A DNA stretch of 6,005 nucleotides from an uncultured archaeon (GCA_964589775.1 CAZPUN010000019.1:1-6005); one strand, 5' to 3'. Shown: positions 1-6,005, counted from the first letter of the stretch. Numbers and translations: made by a program. The notes: generated by a model from the sequence alone, not told the origin.

Positions 1-51
1 GATGCACTTTATGAGTATTGCAAAGTAAAGCTGGAACAAAATAAAAAGTAA
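1..51 (+). CDS. Probable 3' end of an upstream gene (partial; ...DALYEYCKVKLEQNKK*), product unknown
   Basis: Frame +1 is open from base 1 to TAA at 49-51. It ends in a Lys-rich tail and is followed by an oligo-T tract. Too short to identify. Confidence 0.5.
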   Translation, partial: DALYEYCKVKLEQNKK

Positions 52-59
52 GACTTTCA

Positions 60-76
60 TTCCTTTTTTTTATTTT
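60..76 (+). terminator. Putative archaeal oligo-T terminator of the upstream gene
   Basis: TTCCTTTTTTTTATTTT (T8 at 64-71) begins 9 nt after the stop at 51. Confidence 0.45.
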
Positions 77-146
77 AAATTAAATAAATACGAATATTTT
101 TTTAGAACCACAATAAATTAAAGGAGCGAAGGCAAGAAATATATAT

Positions 147-2390
147 ATGTTATCTGAGAAAGCCCAGAAATATTACATTGACGAATCCAAACAAGTATCG
201 ATAATTTCAGGAGAACTTCACTATTTTAGAGTCTTACGTAAGCGTTGGGAACCCACTCTCAAATATCTGAAAAAAGTTGGTTTTAATTTTGTAACTACGT
301 ATGTTCCATGGATTTGGCATGAATTAGACGAGGGTAAATTTGATTTTAATGGTACAACTGATGAAAAGAGAGATTTAATCGCCTTTATTAAATACGCACG
401 TGATATTGGATTGTACTTGATTTTACGTCCAGGGCCATATATAAATGCAGAGTATGATGGTTATGGAATTCCCCATTGGGTGGAAGAGAAATATCCACAA
501 GTTGTAGCTCTAAATAATAAAGGAAAGCCAATTCGTGGTTCGTTTTTCTTTCAACCTGATCCTATGCATCCGGACTATCTAAGACTGGTCAAGAATTGGT
601 ACGCTGCATTTTCCAAAGCGATTTCGCCATATCTTGACATTATTCAGGCGATACAGGTAGATAATGAATCTGGTGTGATGAATTATCTCCAATTAGGTTA
701 TTCTGATTTTAATTCTCATGTGGTTTCTGAATATCAGAAGTGGCTGGCAGAAAAATATGGAACTGTAGAAAATCTAAATAAAAAGTGGCAGAAGAAGATC
801 ACTTCCTTTAGCAATGTATTTCCACCTACGGGCAAATTTAATTTTGCAGAATCTACGGATTGGCAGATTTTTTATGAAAATTATCTCACTGCTTTTCTGG
901 ACACATTACGAAATTATATCAAAGAATTCTTGCCACAAATGACCGTAACACACAATATTCCGGGGTCTTATTTCTCTCCCACAAATGCAAGGTTATTTAG
1001 CTCTGTATCCGATATTTTTGGTTATGATATTTACATAAAAATGAGTCATGCGGGTTATTATGCAGATTTTCCCTTTTTCGGCTCAATTATTCCAGAATTA
1101 ATTCGTAGTAAAATTAATAGACGTGGCTTTTGGGTTCCAGAGCTCGGAGCTGGGTGGTTTGACCCTCAAACTCCCGTACATAATAAAACCGTCATACACA
1201 CTATTTTAGCTTCTATTGCACATGATGTAAACGGATTTTCCCTATATACGATTCATAATGGATTTGAACCTGATGGAAGTACGTATGGGTATAATGCTTT
1301 ATTTAACGCTGATGGTATGCCCTCTCAAAAGCACGAATCAATTTCTAAAATTGTTTCCATAATCCATAATAATTCTGAGATTTTGTTTAACTCTAAACTC
1401 ATTCGAAATAAAATTGGTTTTGTCGTATATGATGATCTTTATCGACTCGACCCCACTAATTTTAGCTCGATTTTGGGTATGCCAAATTTGGGTCGTTCAT
1501 TTGTTTTTTCAATTAATATGGGATTATTAGGACCTGCCGCATTGATGCTAGAATCTGGACTTCAATTCGAAGCAATATCTCTCGAGAATATTACTAACAT
1601 ATCAACTGATGAATACAAGATCGTATTTTTCCCCTCAAAAGGCCTTATTGATCCAGACCATTACAAAATACTAAAGGAATTTGTACGCCGTGGTGGAACG
1701 TTAGTTACATATCCCATATTTCCAACTATGGACTTGTATGGAGAGGAATTTGACACAACTGACCTTTATCCTGATCCCATAATAAAAGAGCAGTGGTTCG
1801 GAACTAAGCGAATGATGCTAAATATAGTTAAAGCTATAATTAAGAATCGCGTCAAATCATCGCATCATGAATACTCAAAACCACTTATTGATAAGATCTC
1901 AGCAGTCGAAGGAATTATGAAATCAAAGGTCCATGGACCATATATTAAAATTAAAGATATTGGCATACTCAAGTCCAGCATGTATTTAGCCACATTCAAA
2001 ACCAATGAAAAGGTTCATGGATATATTTCAGAATTTGGGAACGGAAAAAGTATTGTTATCGGAACTCCAATTGCAGCTGAGTATATTTCTGCAGCATATT
2101 TTTATCTGACAGACCGAATTCGCCGTGAGTTTCAGCTCTTTTTGAAAAAATTACTTCAAATCGCACAAATAGAAACTCCCATCTATGATTTTAATATTGA
2201 AATTGCCAGAAAGAAATATGATTCGCAAGAACTTGTATTATTATTTAACAGAACCGTGCAAAATCGTCAGATTGATTTAGGTAAAATTATATCCGATACT
2301 ACTGCCGAAATACTATATGCTGATAATAATAAATTAGTAAGTAATCACATAATAATTCCGCCATTTGGAAGTATAATATTAAAGATTTAA
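147..2390 (+). CDS. Beta-galactosidase-like glycoside hydrolase, GH35 catalytic barrel with GH42-type insert and trimerisation domain (747 aa)
   Basis: GH35 motifs SGELHYFRV, TYVPWIWHE, GKFDFNG and LILRPGPYINAE are present. The predicted acid/base is in QVDNE (E174) and the predicted nucleophile in WVPELGAGW (E332). There is a GH42-like segment YQKWLAEKYGTVENLNKKW...DWQIF and a GH42 middle-domain motif YKIVFFP...LKEFVRRGGTLV. No signal peptide is evident. Confidence 0.9.
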   Translation: MLSEKAQKYYIDESKQVSIISGELHYFRVLRKRWEPTLKYLKKVGFNFVTTYVPWIWHELDEGKFDFNGTTDEKRDLIAFIKYARDIGLYLILRPGPYINAEYDGYGIPHWVEEKYPQVVALNNKGKPIRGSFFFQPDPMHPDYLRLVKNWYAAFSKAISPYLDIIQAIQVDNESGVMNYLQLGYSDFNSHVVSEYQKWLAEKYGTVENLNKKWQKKITSFSNVFPPTGKFNFAESTDWQIFYENYLTAFLDTLRNYIKEFLPQMTVTHNIPGSYFSPTNARLFSSVSDIFGYDIYIKMSHAGYYADFPFFGSIIPELIRSKINRRGFWVPELGAGWFDPQTPVHNKTVIHTILASIAHDVNGFSLYTIHNGFEPDGSTYGYNALFNADGMPSQKHESISKIVSIIHNNSEILFNSKLIRNKIGFVVYDDLYRLDPTNFSSILGMPNLGRSFVFSINMGLLGPAALMLESGLQFEAISLENITNISTDEYKIVFFPSKGLIDPDHYKILKEFVRRGGTLVTYPIFPTMDLYGEEFDTTDLYPDPIIKEQWFGTKRMMLNIVKAIIKNRVKSSHHEYSKPLIDKISAVEGIMKSKVHGPYIKIKDIGILKSSMYLATFKTNEKVHGYISEFGNGKSIVIGTPIAAEYISAAYFYLTDRIRREFQLFLKKLLQIAQIETPIYDFNIEIARKKYDSQELVLLFNRTVQNRQIDLGKIISDTTAEILYADNNKLVSNHIIIPPFGSIILKI

Positions 2391-2403
2391 TTAAAGAGTT
2401 AAA

Positions 2404-2411
2404 TTTATATT
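2404..2411 (+). promoter_or_regulatory. Putative TATA box for the GvpD/KaiC-like gene
   Basis: TTTATATT follows a purine-rich stretch (AAAGAGTTAAA) and lies about 40 nt upstream of the TTG start, in a 57-bp intergenic gap. Confidence 0.45.
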
Positions 2412-2447
2412 ACTCGAGTAAAAAAATATTAGTGAAAAAATTAAGTA

Positions 2448-3848
2448 TTGGGATTTATATTGTTATCTGAAATTGATAAAATATTATCAATACCCGGAAA
2501 AACCATATTGATATATGGTGATATTGGTAGTGGAAAAAGTACTTTTGTGCGTCAATTATTAATGAAACATTTTAACAAGGCATTATATATTTCCACTGTA
2601 AAACCTGTTGAGGAGAATTTAGATATCTGGTTCTCAGATATGAAAGATGAAACAACTAATACTTCCGAGAGTATTCTAAAACGGCTTCGAGATAGGCGTG
2701 GAATGTTTCTTGCTGAAAGTTCTCGTGGTACTTATCTATCCCGGGCAAAAAATGTTATACGATTAAGACATAAGAGCATCGAAGAATTCATTTCCGAGTT
2801 ATATCTGCATATTAGAGAGAATGAAATAGAAGCTTTTGGAATTGATTCTATAGATCCAATAGTACGAGAAGAACGTGAAAAATTATATGAACTAATTAAC
2901 ATATCCCATAAGACTCATACGATTGGTATTTTCGCGACGCGATCTCTAAATGATCCAATATTAATGACTTTATTTGATGGGATAATTCATCTGAAAAAAT
3001 CTGAATATAAAGGTCGCTTGCTGAGAACTCTTACATTTGAAAAAATGGCAGGGATTCAATTAGATCAGATGCGATATATCTTTACATTATACAACAAAGA
3101 AGTAAGAGTTTTTCAAGGTAAAGCATGGAACTATATCTACGAACACAAAATACCAAAAGAATATTATAATCCTAAAAAAGGTGTATATTCTACATGTAGT
3201 AGGACTTTCGATGAATACCTTTCAGGAGGTCTAAAAGAATCCAATATTTATCATTTTCATCTAGGTCTTAATATTCCAAACTCATTCCTTGTGAATTTAT
3301 TCTATTGCGTTATATCGAAATGGATTTTACAAGAACGAAAAATTCAGATAATTAATTCGCCCATGTATTCTGCTAAGAAATTAAAACAATATTTTCAAAG
3401 AGTTATTCCTTCTGAGATAATTGACCGAAATGTGCAATTCGGGTCTATCGATAATTCTGATAACAAGAATACTATTCCAATAAAAAGGCCTGCAAAGCTT
3501 TTAACAGAAAGATGGTGGTCGAGTAGAAAAGATACCGAAGAACCAACACTTCATTTTATTGTTACCGATCTTCTTGACAATGAACTGGGATACAAAGACA
3601 CAAAGGTGTTTCTTCTAAACTTGACTCGTCTAATTAGAGATAGTCGAGACTTTATGATCATAATTACGAAGGAAGGTTCAGCCACTAATATAGAAGGTAT
3701 AAAACTATCCGAAATATCATCACAAATCAATGAAGTGGAAGGTGCATATGTTCTAACGAAAATAAAGCCTGCCGACCGTAAAGTATTTGCACTTGATTTA
3801 GTTAAGAAGAATGGATATTATCTCCCAGAAGTCATACCGATTGTATAG
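2448..3848 (+). CDS. GvpD/KaiC/RAD55-like RecA-superfamily P-loop protein with two RecA-type domains, the second degenerate (466 aa; alternative TTG start at 2460)
   Basis: The N-domain has Walker A GDIGSGKST (2517-2543), ALYIST, Walker B FGIDS, and the KaiC-type DGIIHL...GRLLRTLTFEKMAG...YIFTL. The second domain starts with YSTCSRTFDEYLSGGLKESNIYHFHLG, which is the STG..LD..L.GG pattern without a P-loop. This architecture is typical of GvpD-like proteins. Confidence 0.8.
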   Translation: MGFILLSEIDKILSIPGKTILIYGDIGSGKSTFVRQLLMKHFNKALYISTVKPVEENLDIWFSDMKDETTNTSESILKRLRDRRGMFLAESSRGTYLSRAKNVIRLRHKSIEEFISELYLHIRENEIEAFGIDSIDPIVREEREKLYELINISHKTHTIGIFATRSLNDPILMTLFDGIIHLKKSEYKGRLLRTLTFEKMAGIQLDQMRYIFTLYNKEVRVFQGKAWNYIYEHKIPKEYYNPKKGVYSTCSRTFDEYLSGGLKESNIYHFHLGLNIPNSFLVNLFYCVISKWILQERKIQIINSPMYSAKKLKQYFQRVIPSEIIDRNVQFGSIDNSDNKNTIPIKRPAKLLTERWWSSRKDTEEPTLHFIVTDLLDNELGYKDTKVFLLNLTRLIRDSRDFMIIITKEGSATNIEGIKLSEISSQINEVEGAYVLTKIKPADRKVFALDLVKKNGYYLPEVIPIV

Positions 3849-3851
3849 TCG

Positions 3852-3867
3852 TTTTTTCTTTATTTTT
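3852..3867 (+). terminator. Putative oligo-T terminator of the GvpD-like gene
   Basis: TTTTTTCTTTATTTTT lies immediately after TAG (3846-3848), in the 17-bp gap between convergent genes. Confidence 0.55.
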
Positions 3868-4588
3868 ATTGCATTCTGATTAGCGCATTAAATTTCACGC
3901 CAATTGGTAATATATTTGATACATTTAAATTGCCTACTTTCAGAACAACAAAAACTGCATAAATATTTGCTCTAGCCTTTTTTGCTAAGTTAATTAAGCC
4001 TTCAAGAGTTTCTCCTTGCCGTAAAATATCATCAACAATTAAAATATTGTCCTTTTTGTTTAATAGGTTTGCATCAATATATAACTCATAGCCTGTACCA
4101 GAGCCTTTTATAATCACTTTTGCTCGTAAATAATCACTCACGCCAATTTCAGCCTGTTTTTTGGCGAATGCAAGAGGAACCCCAAATAACTCAGATACAA
4201 TGGTTGCTAATGGAATTCCATCTGCAGCTGCTGTAAGTATTTTTGTAATTCCCGCATCTTTATATAACTGATAGATGTAATATGCAAGTAGATAAAGTAG
4301 ATCTGAATCGTATACAATTATAGAGTTGTTTATGAAGCCTTCCGAATCGAATGTTAGATAATTGTTTAGCATATCTTTGATGTATCGTTCCAAATCCAAT
4401 TTTTGAATGATAACTTCGCTTCGTTCTATACTTGGCATAATGGTTCCATATACATATTTGGAAATATCCTGATATGGAAATCCTAATAGATTACTCAATT
4501 CAAAATATGTACTATTTCTTTTCGCTAGTCTGAGTAGATGATAAGCTGCAAGACGTTTTCGTATTTTTGGGAGTCCTTGATTTCGCAA
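3866..4588 (-). CDS. HTH-domain adenine/guanine phosphoribosyltransferase-family protein (PurR-like architecture, probable PRPP-responsive regulator), 240 aa
   Basis: The N-terminal helix-turn-helix is TYFELSNLLGFPYQDISKYVYGTIMPS. Type I PRTase motifs are ILTAAADGIPLA, LAFAKK and the PRPP loop ILIVDDILRQGETL. I moved the start from 4603 to TTG 4588 because GAGGTG lies 7 nt upstream of it. Confidence 0.88.
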   Translation of the reverse strand: MRNQGLPKIRKRLAAYHLLRLAKRNSTYFELSNLLGFPYQDISKYVYGTIMPSIERSEVIIQKLDLERYIKDMLNNYLTFDSEGFINNSIIVYDSDLLYLLAYYIYQLYKDAGITKILTAAADGIPLATIVSELFGVPLAFAKKQAEIGVSDYLRAKVIIKGSGTGYELYIDANLLNKKDNILIVDDILRQGETLEGLINLAKKARANIYAVFVVLKVGNLNVSNILPIGVKFNALIRMQ

Positions 4589-4595
4589 ATTGTGG

Positions 4596-4601
4596 CACCT
4601 C
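4596..4601 (-). promoter_or_regulatory. Shine-Dalgarno site (GAGGTG) of the HTH-PRTase gene
   Basis: The minus strand reads GAGGTG-CCACAAT-TTG. Confidence 0.7.
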
Positions 4602-4622
4602 AAAAAAAGAGAGGAAAGAATT

Positions 4623-5072
4623 TCACTTTACAACCAGAACTGGACATTCAGATCTTCTCACTACATGTTCAGCAGTGCTTCCTACAAGCCCCCTTCCTTT
4701 TGTCATACCTCTTGAACCCATTACTATTAAATCGACATCATTCTTTTTTGCTTGTTCAATTATGACATCGACTGGAAAGCCAACTTCTAATACCTTTTCG
4801 CATTCTATTCCATGAATTTTCATTTCTTTTTCTGCGCTGTTCAAATATGATTTTCCTGACTTTTTCAGCTTCTCAACTATTTTTTCTTCGGATTCCTCTA
4901 GTGCCGAAGTATAATATGTGACTGATAACTTATTAATTGCATGAACAATTATCACTTTGGCGTTAATCAATTTTGCAAGTTCTGCAGCAGCAAGTACTGC
5001 TCTATCAGAGACATGAGAGCCATCAACAGCTAACAATATCTTTTTGGTTTTAAATAATAGTGTGCTACTCAA
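4623..5072 (-). CDS. Universal stress protein (UspA family, single domain), 149 aa from TTG 5072 (alternative ATG 5087)
   Basis: Usp motifs KKILLAVDGSHVSDRA, AKVIIVHA, GFPVDVIIEQAKKNDVDLIVMGSRG and GSTAEHVVRRSECPVLVVK are present. GAGGTG lies 7 nt before TTG 5072. Confidence 0.93.
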   Translation of the reverse strand: MSSTLLFKTKKILLAVDGSHVSDRAVLAAAELAKLINAKVIIVHAINKLSVTYYTSALEESEEKIVEKLKKSGKSYLNSAEKEMKIHGIECEKVLEVGFPVDVIIEQAKKNDVDLIVMGSRGMTKGRGLVGSTAEHVVRRSECPVLVVK

Positions 5073-5079
5073 GGCATTA

Positions 5080-5085
5080 CACCTC
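5080..5085 (-). promoter_or_regulatory. Shine-Dalgarno site (GAGGTG) of the usp gene
   Basis: The minus strand reads GAGGTG-TAATGCC-TTG, the same spacing as for the downstream gene. Confidence 0.6.
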
Positions 5086-5088
5086 ATG

Positions 5089-5116
5089 TTTATTAATTTG
5101 TTTGTCTTTATTAAGA
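5089..5116. promoter_or_regulatory. Putative divergent promoter region (usp / cruF-like)
   Basis: Two copies of TTTATTAA (5089-5096 and 5107-5114) sit in the 74-bp gap between divergent start codons. The motif is TATA-like on both strands. Confidence 0.4.
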
Positions 5117-5146
5117 TTTAGGAAAATAATAGGTGTGTGGTCCGTA

Positions 5147-6005
5147 ATGAATCCTTCATTCTTGGCAATGGATATAATGTCATTTATCATTTTTATTATT
5201 ATTCTCAGAGATGCATTACGGAGAGGTCATAGATATGTCTTGGAATTGCTTTCTTCTTTAGTTTTTGGAGTCCTATTAGAGGAATTAAATGTTATTCTTT
5301 CCAATGAATTCTATGTCTATGGCACAGATTTTTTAATTATGATTGATAAAGCTCCTCTCTGTATTGGAATGGGCTGGGCAGTCATAATTTATTCTGTTAT
5401 GCTTTTTACGGACTCTCTAACGCTTTCGGAATATATTAAGCCATTTCTAGATTCTTCTCTGGCTTTACTCATTGATCTTAGTATGGATGCTGTTGCCATT
5501 AGACTGGGATATTGGACTTGGAAAATCCCATTAAATGATGGTTGGTTTGGTGTACCTGCAGGAAATTTTATTGGCTGGTCCTATGTAGTCTTATATTACT
5601 CGTTCTTACTGAGATTAACGCGGTCAAAAATAGAAATTAATTCATATCTCAACTATAAAAATCTCATATTTCTTGTATTACCGCTCATCGGCTACGGATT
5701 GCTTCTCGGAAGCCTTTTCGTTACTATGACGTTAATTTCCTTATTCACTAAAGATCAAAAATTACAATTAATTGGATTTGCAATTCTACAAGGCATATTT
5801 CTCACCATTTATCTGACGCACTTCAAAGGTGTAAAACGTATTCGCAAATTGCCCTTGGAAGCACATCTGGTTCCATTGAGTTTTCATTTAACTTTCACAG
5901 GTGCTTTAATAATATCTGGCATTGTATTTCAACTTCCAATTTTACTTCCGATATCTGTATTTCTATTGGTTTTCCATATCTCTTTGTATCAAATAATCGA
6001 ACGAA
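5147..6005 (+). CDS. CruF-family (carotenoid biosynthesis / 1,2-hydratase-like, former DUF422) integral membrane protein, 3'-partial (at least 286 aa)
   Basis: Not in the ORF track. My translation is open from ATG 5147 to the window end: MNPSFLAMDIMSFIIFIIILRDALRRG... Family motifs are FGVLLEE, YVYG, APLCIGMGW, DLSMDAVAIRLGYWTW and WFGVPAGNFIGW, with many hydrophobic segments. SD-like AGGTG is at 5131-5135. Confidence 0.82.
   Translation, partial: MNPSFLAMDIMSFIIFIIILRDALRRGHRYVLELLSSLVFGVLLEELNVILSNEFYVYGTDFLIMIDKAPLCIGMGWAVIIYSVMLFTDSLTLSEYIKPFLDSSLALLIDLSMDAVAIRLGYWTWKIPLNDGWFGVPAGNFIGWSYVVLYYSFLLRLTRSKIEINSYLNYKNLIFLVLPLIGYGLLLGSLFVTMTLISLFTKDQKLQLIGFAILQGIFLTIYLTHFKGVKRIRKLPLEAHLVPLSFHLTFTGALIISGIVFQLPILLPISVFLLVFHISLYQIIER

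Noticed and set aside
139-148. (AT)5 tract running into the glycosidase ATG as a phase-variation site
   Set aside because: Five units is short and unremarkable in AT-rich DNA, and there is no evidence of length variation.
2432-2470. 12-codon GTG-initiated mini-ORF overlapping the start of the GvpD-like gene
   Set aside because: Too short, with no SD, and expected by chance. An in-frame TAA at 2442-2444 argues against a simple frameshifted N-terminal extension of the main gene.
2461-2470. TGTTATCTGA shared by the starts of the glycosidase (148-157) and the GvpD-like gene (both would read MLSE)
   Set aside because: A 10-bp AT-rich match with no further similarity, so probably chance. It only mildly favours TTG 2460 as the start.
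2448-3848. Interpretation as a circadian KaiC or a true gas-vesicle gvpD locus
   Set aside because: The second domain has no P-loop, no KaiC phosphosite context is recognisable, and no kaiA/kaiB or gvp genes are in the window.
4538-4765. 75-aa + strand ORF from the track
   Set aside because: It lies antisense to the well-supported usp and HTH-PRTase genes and has no recognisable motif, so it is a shadow ORF.
4567-4815. 82-aa + strand ORF from the track
   Set aside because: It is largely the antisense mirror of usp, with no motif or SD.
5079-5136. Inverted repeat ACACCT ... AGGTGT flanking the divergent gap
   Set aside because: Fully explained by the SD sequences of two divergent genes. It is not a mobile-element end.
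1-6005. CRISPR array, tRNA/rRNA, transposase, integrase or defence genes
   Set aside because: I saw no spaced repeats, RNA gene signatures or such protein motifs. Coding genes cover nearly the whole window and all gaps are under 100 bp.

Overview
AT-rich window with archaeal features: GAGGTG/AGGTG Shine-Dalgarno sites, oligo-T terminators, TATA-like boxes and archaeal gene families. It holds five real genes plus the probable tail of an upstream CDS. These are (1) a cytoplasmic GH35/GH42-type beta-glycosidase (147-2390 +), (2) a two-domain GvpD/KaiC/RAD55-like P-loop protein (2448-3848 +), (3) an HTH-fused purine phosphoribosyltransferase-fold protein (PurR-like architecture, 3866-4588 -), (4) a universal stress protein (4623-5072 -), and (5) a CruF/carotenoid-hydratase-family membrane protein (5147->6005 +) that the ORF track missed because it runs off the window edge. 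I saw no CRISPR array, RNA gene or mobile element. Nothing here proves a new system. The best leads are the orphan, catalytically degenerate GvpD-like protein beside two other putative nucleotide sensors, the CruF-like gene without carotenoid neighbours, and a long imperfect hairpin filling the intergenic region before the glycosidase. Family calls come from motif recognition by eye; no database searches were run.
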